From IMG/VR virus record IMGVR_UViG_3300037628_000218, positions 29,798 to 93,797 of that record: 64,000 nt of DNA; one strand, written 5' to 3'. The notes beneath the pieces were generated by a model. The model searched no databases. It had not been told where the DNA came from and was given only the letters and a program-made list of their open reading frames with translations. Every line of letters starts with the position of its first letter. Position 1 is the stretch's first letter. The position numbers and the translations under genes are program-made. Shown in pieces: positions 8,408-17,867 of the stretch. This DNA comes from a virus.

Positions 8408-10150
8408 TTACATCTGACTTGCTACAAGATCTCGAATACCTTTCAAGGTCTGCTTATTGTAGAGTTTACCATTTTCAAAGACAACCTGCAATAAACCTGC
8501 TTCTTCCTGTTCACGAGTTTGCATATCGTATTGAACAAGCTCTCCATGTTCCCGTTCTATTCGTAGTAGACCTTTAGCAGACTTCTTCTTAGAGTCTGTT
8601 TTAGGGTCTTTAAAGACGGCTACATCAATCCCTTGCTGAACAACGTTAGTAGCCTTAACAGCACTGCCGTGTGTATCACGGGTAACCATCTGGTAGCTGT
8701 AAGAGCCTACTCCTAAAACTACACTAGGTACAAAGCCTTTATCCATTAGTCGTTTGTAGATCTCATCTTGCCGACCTAGGGTTATAGCATCACCGTAAAT
8801 AGCCCCAATGTGGCGATCTAATTGTTTGAAACCTTTATCAGTAGTAGTACCTCCGAAGATCTCCCACAAACATTGGATTAGTCCTTTTTGTTCTGCGGTT
8901 AAAGTTACCTCTTTAAAGGTGCAATGATCAACATCATCCCCATCGTTATCAACATAGTAATACTGCTTGTCATGGCGGTCTAAGGTTGGCTCATATGTAA
9001 CTTCATAAATAGTACCCCCAAAGCTATAGGTTTCAGTCTCAATGCCATGTGGGTCTTCTGGTTCTAAATTACAACGGAATTGATCATCCATAGCATCAGC
9101 AACACACTCTTTCCAATCATTGAACGTTTCCTCAGAGTCGTCCCAGTTGCCACTTAGGTATTTTACCTGTAAGCCACAAAGAACTTCTACAGGGCATCCA
9201 GAATCTGGACGTACCACGAAAGTTCCCTCTCGATTCATAATGTCATCCTTTAGCTCAACTAAACCTTTCTCTACAAAACTCCAAAAGTCAAAGCTGTCCG
9301 ATACATGACTCAGAATACCTGTTGGGGCTTTAGTAAACAAGTACTTAACATACTGAAGCTCAGCTTCAAATAGACTGATACCTTGCTTTTCAGACTCAAT
9401 CATAATATAAGAAGTAGCTGTAGAATGCTCTGTGGCTGGTACTGAACAACCTACCAATTCTTTCTCCACATCTGCACCATAGAATTTCTCAGCAAATAAG
9501 ATAGCAGATAAATTATCTGTACCTGCCAACCCGCTAGCCAAGTGACCAAAACCAATCATAGCTGCTGCGTGTCGACCTGGTAACCCTCGAAAGCTAAAGT
9601 CATGTATGTTAAACTTAGCCATACTCACACCACCTGTTAGCTCTAAGGCTTCCTTACAACGCTTGTAATAAGCTAAGGCAGTAGTAGTAGCGGTCTGGAT
9701 GGGCCAGTTCTCTGTACTCATTACAGTTTCAATGTAATTGGGTAACCACTGGAAACCACTCACAGTGCTTACAAATGTTACTGGTGCTACTCCGTATGGT
9801 ACAATAGAACCTTCCGCTAGAGCTTTAATGCGAAGAGGTAAGTAGCCTAAATCGTGTAGTGCTTCAAAGTGCGAGGCATCATAGTCAATACTTAAGTAGG
9901 AGTCTACTATACGCTTGAAAGCTTTAACAGCTTGCTCTTTAGGTATGTTAAAGAATGTATCATTCCACTCTTTAATTAACACGTCTTTGATAAAATACTG
10001 TAACCCTACAAAGACTACTCCCTCATCAGATAGCGTGTTACTTAATCTACCATTACGTGAGGTATAGTTTGAGTAAACCTCTGTAATGTCTTGATGATAC
10101 CCTTCTTTATGGAAAAGTTTATATCCATCAGTCTGTAAAAGTGCGCTCAT
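8408..10150 (-). CDS. nicotinamide phosphoribosyltransferase family; probable Namat of the NARP1 pathway
   Basis: TDGYK, HDFSFRG, SVPATEHS, VSDSFD, RPDSG, IYGDAIT, TRDT, KKSAKG; adjacent to a Prs-like gene. Confidence 0.9.
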   Translation of the reverse strand: MSALLQTDGYKLFHKEGYHQDITEVYSNYTSRNGRLSNTLSDEGVVFVGLQYFIKDVLIKEWNDTFFNIPKEQAVKAFKRIVDSYLSIDYDASHFEALHDLGYLPLRIKALAEGSIVPYGVAPVTFVSTVSGFQWLPNYIETVMSTENWPIQTATTTALAYYKRCKEALELTGGVSMAKFNIHDFSFRGLPGRHAAAMIGFGHLASGLAGTDNLSAILFAEKFYGADVEKELVGCSVPATEHSTATSYIMIESEKQGISLFEAELQYVKYLFTKAPTGILSHVSDSFDFWSFVEKGLVELKDDIMNREGTFVVRPDSGCPVEVLCGLQVKYLSGNWDDSEETFNDWKECVADAMDDQFRCNLEPEDPHGIETETYSFGGTIYEVTYEPTLDRHDKQYYYVDNDGDDVDHCTFKEVTLTAEQKGLIQCLWEIFGGTTTDKGFKQLDRHIGAIYGDAITLGRQDEIYKRLMDKGFVPSVVLGVGSYSYQMVTRDTHGSAVKATNVVQQGIDVAVFKDPKTDSKKKSAKGLLRIEREHGELVQYDMQTREQEEAGLLQVVFENGKLYNKQTLKGIRDLVASQM

Positions 10151-10191
10151 CTCTTTTCTCCTTTTCTTTGTGTTAAAACTCTAAGTATGGG

Positions 10192-10220
10192 ATTGTAAAA
10201 CTCATCTTCTGTTTTGTCAA
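10192..10220 (-). promoter_or_regulatory. sigma70 promoter
   Basis: TTGACA-17-TACAAT upstream of the NAMPT-like gene. Confidence 0.7.
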
Positions 10221-10231
10221 GTTTCAAGTTA

Positions 10232-11116
10232 TCACGGTTTGATATACTCAAGCCGTTCATGCTGTTCCCCACTTAAAAATGAGTTTGTAGTATACACACG
10301 GTCTATTCCGTTGTCAAGCACATAGTCTATTCCTTTAGAGAAGATTCCGTGAGTTACATAAAGTTCAATTGAGGCTGCTCCAGCTTTTTTAAGCTCTTTG
10401 GCTAGACCTATGAATGTACCACAACCATCTCCAATATCATCTACTATCAAACAGTTCGCACCTTCTAACATATTATCTGGATCGTTTACCCCAAACCCTG
10501 ACAGCTCCCCTGTTAATAGATCACGTCGCTTGTAACCCTGAACCATAGGTACACCGCCAAAAGCTTTAGAGACAGCTTCAGTCTTCTTCATAGCCCCAGC
10601 ATCAGGAGAGATAAGCACTACTTCTTCGTGGTAAAGCTTGGAAGATAGCCCTTCGTGTAGTGCGATTGCATAAGCTTGATTATGAATAGTAGTTACATTT
10701 TTGATTACTGCACCTGCTACATCACTGTGGGTATCTAGTAACTGCACCTCTGCAAAGTTAAGGCTGTTAATAATGTTAGCAAAGACTTTGATAGATAGTG
10801 CTTCACCCTCATTACATACTCTATCTTGACGAGCATAAGGGGTGTAAAACATGGCAAGGGAGTAGTTGGCTATAGGGTGCTCCCGTTTCAAAGCATCTGT
10901 GAGCATGCACAAAGCTATTATGTCATCTGAACTCTGTAGCCTAGCATAAACTGTTACTGAGTTAGTGCTTTGGCATCCGCTCACATTATCAGGATTGTCT
11001 ATAAGCACCGCAGGTAATCGAAGATTGATCTCACCACCGTTAAAAACTGTGTAGCATACGTCACTAGCAACCTGATAAGAATCCTCTTTTTCTAATAATA
11101 CGTAGAATGTACTCAT
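10232..11116 (-). CDS. ribose-phosphate pyrophosphokinase family; probable Adps of NARP1
   Basis: FNGGE, YARQDR, DTHS, SPDAGA, IVDDIGDGCGTF, VTHGIFSKG. Confidence 0.9.
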   Translation of the reverse strand: MSTFYVLLEKEDSYQVASDVCYTVFNGGEINLRLPAVLIDNPDNVSGCQSTNSVTVYARLQSSDDIIALCMLTDALKREHPIANYSLAMFYTPYARQDRVCNEGEALSIKVFANIINSLNFAEVQLLDTHSDVAGAVIKNVTTIHNQAYAIALHEGLSSKLYHEEVVLISPDAGAMKKTEAVSKAFGGVPMVQGYKRRDLLTGELSGFGVNDPDNMLEGANCLIVDDIGDGCGTFIGLAKELKKAGAASIELYVTHGIFSKGIDYVLDNGIDRVYTTNSFLSGEQHERLEYIKP

Positions 11117-11355
11117 ATAATCTCTCCTTCCTTAACAATGTATTCAATATCCCGCATAGGCTCTCCATTGGTTCCTAGAACTTCAGCTGTGCTGGGGTAG
11201 ACGGATAAAAACCCACTCCCTACAAAACAGACAGTACCTGTGCGAATCTGTTTATTCTGGTAGAAGGTTATTTCATCCCCTACCGTGTACTTTAAGCCTT
11301 GCTTATGTTTTCGTGTCACTGGACTTCCTCCACCTGAATAGCAAGTAAGTCCCAA
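11113..11355 (-). CDS. hypothetical protein
   Basis: overlapping ORF within the operon; start uncertain. Confidence 0.45.
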   Translation of the reverse strand: MGLTCYSGGGSPVTRKHKQGLKYTVGDEITFYQNKQIRTGTVCFVGSGFLSVYPSTAEVLGTNGEPMRDIEYIVKEGEII

Positions 11356-11548
11356 TGGCGCTTACAAAGTCTGCGTCTAGCTCGTCTTCTAACTCCTCTA
11401 GCTGGGGTAAGCTATACATTCTATCCCTTTCTTCACTAACAATTGCGCAGAACCTACTGGTGGTTTCTTCGATACTAATACCACGACTAGCCATTAACTT
11501 CTCTGGTACAGATCGGTCTATAAGGGTCTCACTAACTGGATTTGTCAT
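11303..11548 (-). CDS. hypothetical protein
   Basis: ATGA-coupled to the upstream ORF. Confidence 0.55.
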   Translation of the reverse strand: MTNPVSETLIDRSVPEKLMASRGISIEETTSRFCAIVSEERDRMYSLPQLEELEDELDADFVSAIGTYLLFRWRKSSDTKT

Positions 11549-12006
11549 ATTAGTTCTTCCTCCGCATCAAAGGTGACTTTCATTTGTTCTAGGGTTTTCA
11601 TAGCATCCTCATAAGCCCCAGGGGGAACAACGAAACTTTTGCAAAAAAGTTTAGCCATATCAATTACTAACTTCTTTCGATTTTCTGTTAACTCCTCTCG
11701 TTCTCTTGTTAACTTCTTTTGGTGTATTAGCCTATCCTTTACATTGTTTAACTCCTTCAAAGCAGCCTTGTACTCTGCCTTAACGTCTGCTGTATCGTCC
11801 ATTATTTTCTCTATCTCGCGGTCTCCTTCTGAGTGTTTACTACCTTTACTATTCTCTGGCTTTCGTAGCCTATCACTCGCGTCTAGGAGGCTCCACCACC
11901 TTGCAGAAAGCGTGTACCCTATCTTAGTTTTAGGGTCTACCCTTGTTTCACCTCCGTCTAAATCATTACTCATTCTCCATCCCAACATTAGTATTCTCCT
12001 CTTCAA
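11545..12006 (-). CDS. hypothetical coiled-coil protein
   Basis: ORF; true start probably the Met at about 11973 after GGAG. Confidence 0.6.
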   Translation of the reverse strand: MKRRILMLGWRMSNDLDGGETRVDPKTKIGYTLSARWWSLLDASDRLRKPENSKGSKHSEGDREIEKIMDDTADVKAEYKAALKELNNVKDRLIHQKKLTREREELTENRKKLVIDMAKLFCKSFVVPPGAYEDAMKTLEQMKVTFDAEEELI

Positions 12007-12042
12007 TATTATTTAAGTTGTAGGTCTTCTTCTCTATTCCTA

Positions 12043-13176
12043 CTATTCCAATGGGTTACCGTCTTCGTCTAACTTCCTAAAAGCTTTACCAATAGGTTTA
12101 GTCGGCTTCCCGTACTTTGATCTTTTCTCATAATCTACTGTCAAGAACTCACCTATATAGTTAGCTCTATTCTCATATAGTGCCTTACGCTTTTCAGCCG
12201 TAGCTGCGAAAGGAGCTTTGAAAGTATCCTCTTCTCCCTCTGGAGTAATGTAGCGACATACTGGCACACCAGCACCGTTCTTGTCAAGCTCGAAGTCAAC
12301 AACTTCAAACTCTTCAGATATAGGAACCTTATACTTAATGATACCTGTGGTACGATTGCCAAAGCTGTAAGGATCGAAGCAGCCACGAATAATAATCCCT
12401 TCATAACCGCTAGCAACATACTCTGCGTGGCGAGTCAGCATATCTTGTTCAGAGATGATCTGAGATGCAGTTACACAGCGTAGCCTACTGGCACTTAATT
12501 TCCCTTTGTTAGAGTGACGGAGGTGCATAACGAACTTATAAGTTACGTAACGGGCAAACCAACACCTAGGGTCATCTTGGTGGCGTATCCAGTCAAATAT
12601 ATGAAACTGAATCTTCTTAGTATCTTCGTTGTGCTTCTTGACACAGGATGTAATATCCTCCAAGTACATACCATGACAATAGAGTTCACCATCAACAAAG
12701 GAACCAGGGTGATCCTTAAAGAAAGATTCTTCAAGCTCTGCTGCAATCTCAGCAATAACTGGATATGCTTCACCTCCTCGTGATTGGAAGAATATAGCAC
12801 CATCTTTCTTAAAGACTGTGCAACGTACTCCATCAAGTTTAGGGAGTTCCCACACCTGATCCCAGTTAATTGTGTGTGCCTTATCCTGATACTTGTGGGC
12901 AAGGTTGGGCAATGTTGAAGATGGTATGTCTTCTACAGACTCTCGGTAGTCCTTTTTAAGCTGTTTGTTCCACTTAGACTGAGCTTCTAATAGGGCTTGT
13001 TCTGCCCCTGTAGTCTCATTAGACCTGCCAAGGTTCTTTGGCTTGCTAGTAGTACGCTTCTCAGCGATCTTACCACCTAGCTGACCATAGCTTACAACAA
13101 CCTCATCTCCATAGGTTGTTACAGACCACTGCTTAGTCTTACCTGTACTTGCTTTACCGTATAGTGTTGGTAACAT
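12043..13176 (-). CDS. lig: ATP-dependent DNA ligase with WGR-like N-terminal domain
   Basis: PKLDGVR, FQSR, VDGELY, FHIFD, YEGIIIR, IIKYK, C-terminal OB fold. Confidence 0.9.
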   Translation of the reverse strand: MLPTLYGKASTGKTKQWSVTTYGDEVVVSYGQLGGKIAEKRTTSKPKNLGRSNETTGAEQALLEAQSKWNKQLKKDYRESVEDIPSSTLPNLAHKYQDKAHTINWDQVWELPKLDGVRCTVFKKDGAIFFQSRGGEAYPVIAEIAAELEESFFKDHPGSFVDGELYCHGMYLEDITSCVKKHNEDTKKIQFHIFDWIRHQDDPRCWFARYVTYKFVMHLRHSNKGKLSASRLRCVTASQIISEQDMLTRHAEYVASGYEGIIIRGCFDPYSFGNRTTGIIKYKVPISEEFEVVDFELDKNGAGVPVCRYITPEGEEDTFKAPFAATAEKRKALYENRANYIGEFLTVDYEKRSKYGKPTKPIGKAFRKLDEDGNPLE

Positions 13177-13191
13177 ATCTTTGTCTCCTGT

Positions 13192-13602
13192 TTATACTAC
13201 TCTGTCAATGAATTTTCGGGTGAACCAATTAGTTGATGACTCTAGCCAGAAGGCTAACCCACGATCAAAAGTATGTAATATGCTCAGGTACTCCCCTATC
13301 CCTACCTCACGAATCTCGTAATACTCGTAGTTTGTACAGAATACCCCTAAGGTTGCCTCTATAAATGTGTTGTCAACTTTGTTTATGTAGTGTAGATAAG
13401 GAGACCCACTATCAATGTAAATTACTTCATGGATAGTTCCTCCTTTCTCATGTTGGTACTGGACTGCATTTTGGTGGCACCGCCTATTGAATAGCCCTTG
13501 CCCCGATGTGGGGTATATTTTCATCTTTGTTGCCCTAACTTGCAGCATTACTCTCTTTTGAGCGGAAGTTTTAAAACTCATGGTTCTCCTCCTGTTTATC
13601 AT
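13192..13602 (-). CDS. hypothetical protein
   Basis: ORF; likely start at MSFKT after AGGAGG. Confidence 0.6.
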   Translation of the reverse strand: MINRRRTMSFKTSAQKRVMLQVRATKMKIYPTSGQGLFNRRCHQNAVQYQHEKGGTIHEVIYIDSGSPYLHYINKVDNTFIEATLGVFCTNYEYYEIREVGIGEYLSILHTFDRGLAFWLESSTNWFTRKFIDRVV

Positions 13603-13636
13603 TATTTAAATTAAGGCTTGTTTTGAGCTGCTAGCC

Positions 13637-14137
13637 TTAAAACTTGTATATATCCACATCAAAGTCTAAGGTGTGAAACTTTTCTAAGTAGCCATTATCT
13701 TCGTAGGCTAAATCATCTAAATCTTCTGAGTCATCTATATTATCTTTAGAGTATATACCCACATCAAATCCTAGGGTGCGGAGTCTTTCTAAGTAGTCTA
13801 GATCATCTAAGCCACCTTCAAAGTCGAAATCCTCTTCTAGCCTTACAAAATCTACACGGTCAAGGAAGGGTTCATCCGTTCCAGCTAAGAACCATAGATA
13901 ATCTACATCGAGCTTAGAGGCTGTGTAGTCTAAGTATCCTTTGTCACAATAATAAGATGAGTTGTCTGAGCTGTCAATGTAGCCTTCAATCTGTTTAGCC
14001 ACCCCTTGCTTGCTAGCAGCCCTCTCAGCCCTTGCGAACTTACGCTTTAGTTGTCTACCTCCAGGGCCACAGCAAGGGCAGCGATAGCCCCCTCCTCCAA
14101 CCCGCTCAGTCTTCCTGTAGTTAGCTTTACCAGTCAT
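13637..14137 (-). CDS. hypothetical protein with basic CPCC N-terminus and acidic repeated C-terminus
   Basis: 166-aa ORF. Confidence 0.65.
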   Translation of the reverse strand: MTGKANYRKTERVGGGGYRCPCCGPGGRQLKRKFARAERAASKQGVAKQIEGYIDSSDNSSYYCDKGYLDYTASKLDVDYLWFLAGTDEPFLDRVDFVRLEEDFDFEGGLDDLDYLERLRTLGFDVGIYSKDNIDDSEDLDDLAYEDNGYLEKFHTLDFDVDIYKF

Positions 14138-14176
14138 AGTTAAACCCCCTTAATAATCTTTAGAAGATTAAAACAC

Positions 14177-14201
14177 AAAAGGGCTGCCGAAGCAACCCCT
14201 T
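14177..14201 (-). terminator. rho-independent terminator
   Basis: GGGTTGC-TTCG-GCAGCCC followed by TTTT. Confidence 0.75.
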
Positions 14202-14219
14202 GTTTGTACTACTTTGTGA

Positions 14220-15098
14220 TTACTTCAGAAACATGGAGGTATTCGTTCCAAGTACATGGGTAGGTAAGGCTCCGTTCCATGCCTTAGCTTTAATATAAGA
14301 GGTAAGCAGTGGTGTTACAGACTTAGCCAACTTACGGTTACCCTCTGCAAGTTGCTCCATATCATAAGCAATGGCTTCTGAGGCTAATGCAGCTGCCTTC
14401 TTGTTATTAACCGCAGCCTTATACCTAGATTCAGAGGTCTTAACAAGCTTTTGTGCATTGGTATCAGCAATCTGCAAGTCAGATTTTGCTTGATTTTCAC
14501 CTTCCTGTCGCTTCTTGGTCTCAACCATAAAACCTCGGACTACAGGATCTAAACGAATATCAGAATACTGTACTGTCTTTATTTTATAACCACCACCAAT
14601 ACTAGCAATGTAATTGTTCACACAAGATAGGGTGAACTCTGCCATCTTAACCTGTGTAGCTTCATCGAAGAATGCTTGTGAGGTTTTTACAGTAAGACCT
14701 GCTTTGGTTTGACAGCTTAGCACCCGCTTACCTACGTGTGTGATTAAGAACTGCTCTGCTGTACCAGAAGACGCTCGGAGTTTATCGGCGTACCCTTTCT
14801 CAAAGTAGCCCGTAAAGGATACATCCATATTAGTTTTGAACTTATCCTGAGATGCAATTTGCAAATCTTCATAGTTCTCAGTTACGAACTGTTGGGAATA
14901 CTCATCAATGCCCCACCAAGGCAGCACTAAGTTGAACCCTTCCAGAACCTTACCTTGATGTACTTCACCAAACGACTCAACAGATGCCTGAGAGTTGGTT
15001 GTTACAATCGTAAAGCTATTTAAGCTTGTAATAAGTAAGATAGTGATAAGTACACCACCACCGATTAGTTTAATTAGCTGGTTGTTACCTTTAGTCAT
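14220..15098 (-). CDS. SPFH/band 7 (prohibitin-like) membrane protein
   Basis: N-terminal TM, FGEV..LEGFNLVLPW, coiled-coil tail, KAWNGALPT. Confidence 0.85.
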   Translation of the reverse strand: MTKGNNQLIKLIGGGVLITILLITSLNSFTIVTTNSQASVESFGEVHQGKVLEGFNLVLPWWGIDEYSQQFVTENYEDLQIASQDKFKTNMDVSFTGYFEKGYADKLRASSGTAEQFLITHVGKRVLSCQTKAGLTVKTSQAFFDEATQVKMAEFTLSCVNNYIASIGGGYKIKTVQYSDIRLDPVVRGFMVETKKRQEGENQAKSDLQIADTNAQKLVKTSESRYKAAVNNKKAAALASEAIAYDMEQLAEGNRKLAKSVTPLLTSYIKAKAWNGALPTHVLGTNTSMFLK

Positions 15099-15137
15099 AA
15101 TTTAATTCCTCGCGTTAGTTAATTTTGTGTAGTTAGT

Positions 15138-15314
15138 TTACTTACTTATCGTTGGTTGGTCAACACTTTTCTCAGGATTAACCATAGGGCAGCTATTAGG
15201 GTCTTTGACCTCAGCTCCTCTATGAATGAATACACTTAAGATATATACTATCACCGCGACTATAAGTAGGTCTATTAGTCCTAGTAGCGTAAGGCCTTTT
15301 TGTTTCTTTCTCAT
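15138..15314 (-). CDS. 58-aa prepilin-like microprotein (below the ORF-track cutoff)
   Basis: AGGAG RBS; MRKKQKGLTLLGLIDLLIVAVIVYILSVFI...; TTGACA promoter upstream. Confidence 0.7.
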   Translation of the reverse strand: MRKKQKGLTLLGLIDLLIVAVIVYILSVFIHRGAEVKDPNSCPMVNPEKSVDQPTISK

Positions 15315-15378
15315 CTTATTTCTCCTCTCTATTTAAGTTGTGATCATTATTACAAAAAGGTAGAGCTTTGTCAAGGAC

Positions 15379-15413
15379 AAAAAAAAAGACCCACGATCCG
15401 AAGAAAGTGAGTC
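15379..15413 (-). terminator. rho-independent terminator ending the late/lysis operon
   Basis: GACTCAC...TTCG...GTGGGTC followed by a long T run. Confidence 0.75.
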
Positions 15414-15448
15414 AAGGCTGGCGCAAAGGCCAACAGGAGGAAACTTGG

Positions 15449-15970
15449 TTATTCTTTAATGTTTGAACTTAGGTTAGTCATAGCCTTAGCCCAGTCTATT
15501 AGACCACTGTGACGTACCGCATTCTGCTGGCAGACATTATAGTTCTCTGTAACCGCTATAAGAGCCTCTCTATCGGTGATAGTTCTTGTGGGTATACTAG
15601 GAGGTGGGCTGGGGGTGTTGGAAGCGTAGGACACTCCTGTGGCTTTATCATGTGACTGCACCCAACCGTCAGGCATAGAACAAGTACCAGTGTTAGGGTT
15701 TTGAACATAAACTAATACCTCCTCTCTAATTGTTGTTGCTCTAACTGTTTGAGCTAGCTCTTCAGCGGTAGTCTTAGCTGATATAGCTTCAGCTTTCTCT
15801 CTATTAAGCCTTTCAATTCTGATTATGCTATTGACTATTTCAACTGCTTGTTCAGCCTGTTCAGCTTTATTCTTAGCAATATTTTCTCCAAGTCTCCAAC
15901 CATTTGTCATCCAGCCAGAGGAGAAAACTACAACTAAGATTAAGGCTTTAATGCTCATACCTACACTCAT
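15449..15970 (-). CDS. spanin-like (Rz-type) lysis protein
   Basis: N-terminal TM, helical periplasmic region, CSMPDGWVQSHD, Pro-rich linker, ENYNVC. Confidence 0.7.
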   Translation of the reverse strand: MSVGMSIKALILVVVFSSGWMTNGWRLGENIAKNKAEQAEQAVEIVNSIIRIERLNREKAEAISAKTTAEELAQTVRATTIREEVLVYVQNPNTGTCSMPDGWVQSHDKATGVSYASNTPSPPPSIPTRTITDREALIAVTENYNVCQQNAVRHSGLIDWAKAMTNLSSNIKE

Positions 15971-15972
15971 AG

Positions 15973-16206
15973 CTACTCCTCCTTCTCATTACGTTTCATA
16001 ATGGTATTTACTATCGCAAATAACCCTGCTATTAGAGCTGGAACCGCTGTTGTGATTGGAGCTAGGTGCCAAGTTTGTAAACTAACAAAAGGAGTAGCAA
16101 TCATCCAAGTAGTAAGACTGTATAGTACATAGCACAGAAAGATAGTAACACTAATCTGGACTACTCTCCAGTCTCTTATATGTTGGTGTGCAGGTTTTTT
16201 AGTCAC
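15973..16206 (-). CDS. putative holin (2 TM)
   Basis: two hydrophobic helices and charged C-terminus, next to the spanin. Confidence 0.55.
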   Translation of the reverse strand: MTKKPAHQHIRDWRVVQISVTIFLCYVLYSLTTWMIATPFVSLQTWHLAPITTAVPALIAGLFAIVNTIMKRNEKEE

Positions 16207-16227
16207 TACCGCTCCCTAATATTATAT

Positions 16228-16659
16228 TTAAATGTACCTAGATGCTGTGAAACTTACAGTAACTGCCACAATGAGTATGAGGGTGTTTTTAATCAAACCT
16301 CGCTCCTTAAAGGTTACTACCATTGTTTGGAGTAGTACCACCCCTAGTGCTACCCAAGGGTAGAATAATAGAGGGAAGTATCCCCACCAGGCAACAATAC
16401 AGATGTTGTACACTGCGTAGATAAGGAACAAACAAACCGAGGCTTTTCTCTCTTTCCCATCTAAAAGGAGTATACTTATACACATACAGATAATCTGGGT
16501 ATACGAAGTAAATAAAAAGAAGTCTAGTCCAACTATATCATAAAGAACACGAAGCTCTCTAGTAAATAATAAGATAAACGCATAAGCACTCATGAACCAT
16601 CTGCTTTCCTTCCTATCAATAAAAGGAGCTATGAATAGCAATGTAAGCACATACACCAT
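16228..16659 (-). CDS. multi-pass membrane protein
   Basis: about 5 hydrophobic segments. Confidence 0.65.
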   Translation of the reverse strand: MVYVLTLLFIAPFIDRKESRWFMSAYAFILLFTRELRVLYDIVGLDFFLFTSYTQIICMCISILLLDGKERKASVCLFLIYAVYNICIVAWWGYFPLLFYPWVALGVVLLQTMVVTFKERGLIKNTLILIVAVTVSFTASRYI

Positions 16660-16667
16660 TTAGAAAC

Positions 16668-17003
16668 CTACGAGTGTGAGTTTATTTCCTTAACAGCTTT
16701 TTGGTATCCCTCTTGCTCCGCCATTTTGATTTGCATAGCTTTAGTAATCTCCATATTATCTGAAACCATATGCTTAATCTCAGACATAGTTTCTATCATT
16801 GGGTTTATTGCTGCCGAAGTAACCTCAGTAACAATCTCCCTTACCTTATCTTCAGTAACGGCTGTAGACTTAAGTTTAACAATCTCTTCAGTGTGTGCTT
16901 CTAACAGCCTCTTATCCTCTTTCTTACCCCACCATAAGAATGACATAACCCCTGCAATTATCACTTTGAAAAACCAACCTATTAAATCATCAAGTGGTAG
17001 CAT
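16668..17003 (-). CDS. single-TM coiled-coil protein (holin/antiholin-like)
   Basis: N-terminal TM followed by amphipathic helices, in the lysis region. Confidence 0.5.
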   Translation of the reverse strand: MLPLDDLIGWFFKVIIAGVMSFLWWGKKEDKRLLEAHTEEIVKLKSTAVTEDKVREIVTEVTSAAINPMIETMSEIKHMVSDNMEITKAMQIKMAEQEGYQKAVKEINSHS

Positions 17004-17032
17004 AGTACCCTGTTTCCTCTATTATTAAAATA

Positions 17033-17359
17033 CTAAGTATAGTTAAACACACTCCAACCGAAGAGGATAACTAGAAAATAAAATGCGATAGCCTCAACCA
17101 ATGCAAAAGGTTTGAAGTACCAAGGTAGCCTCTGTATATCCTTTAGCATTGCCAGCAGGAACCTAGCGTCACAATACCAACGCCAAAGCTCATCACCACC
17201 CTCTGAATACCCTTCATCATGTTTGTTGCAGGAAGCCTCGAAGAACCAATCAAATAACACTGGCTTCATCTTTCGAGGCATCCAAGAAGGGCCACAACCG
17301 TTAGACATCTGAGTTGTAGTCAGCCCAAATTGACATAGCTGCCAATTGGCTCGATGCAA
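17033..17359 (-). CDS. phage protein with phospholipase A2-like NGCG...CxxHD motif
   Basis: NGCGPS, SCNKHDEGY, CDARF; start probably at MSNGCG. Confidence 0.6.
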   Translation of the reverse strand: MHRANWQLCQFGLTTTQMSNGCGPSWMPRKMKPVLFDWFFEASCNKHDEGYSEGGDELWRWYCDARFLLAMLKDIQRLPWYFKPFALVEAIAFYFLVILFGWSVFNYT

Positions 17360-17609
17360 GTGCTATTTTAAGTTCATCTGTAGTAACCGCAGATATACTA
17401 TTATCCTCCATACGCCAATTTACGGATACCAGACTAGTAGATTCCATGACTTCTATAGCGTTACGAATATTGCTTTCATCTTCAGAGCGGGTTTGTATAA
17501 TGCGACCGTCTCCAAAATCGTGAACAAGTGCAGCAAGCTCGTTATCGCGTTGCTGCTTAATTTTAGGTGCATCAATACCTTTTTTCTTGTCGGGGTCTAA
17601 AGTAATCAT
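17301..17609 (-). CDS. tail-fibre associated protein (DUF4376-like)
   Basis: IKQQRD, IQTR, WRMEDNS..VT.DEL. Confidence 0.65.
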   Translation of the reverse strand: MITLDPDKKKGIDAPKIKQQRDNELAALVHDFGDGRIIQTRSEDESNIRNAIEVMESTSLVSVNWRMEDNSISAVTTDELKIALASSQLAAMSIWADYNSDV

Positions 17610-17863
17610 ACAAAGTCCTCCATAACGTGTGACGCAGAACCTACACCATCAGTGAGGTCTCCGCTGTTAACGTCCCACGCATTTCGATACCCATCACGGA
17701 TAGGTAAATCTAACTCATCTATAATTTTGTAAGGTCTCCCATGAGGTACATCCTTCTGTGCTATTTTATCAATGTCTCCCCCTACTTGGTCTAACCCCCA
17801 CTGAGTCGGAACTACTTGTTGAACATCACCACTATCATCTTTATAAATAATTCGATTAGCCAT
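17606..17863 (-). CDS. tail fibre assembly chaperone-like protein
   Basis: IAQKDVPHGRPYKII...RNAW motif. Confidence 0.65.
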   Translation of the reverse strand: MANRIIYKDDSGDVQQVVPTQWGLDQVGGDIDKIAQKDVPHGRPYKIIDELDLPIRDGYRNAWDVNSGDLTDGVGSASHVMEDFV

Positions 17864-17867
17864 CTTT

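Noticed and set aside
15449-15970. Embedded Rz1 lipoprotein gene
   Set aside because: I did not identify a convincing lipobox ORF; Rz1-like features appear in the C-terminus of the same protein. Not exhaustively excluded.
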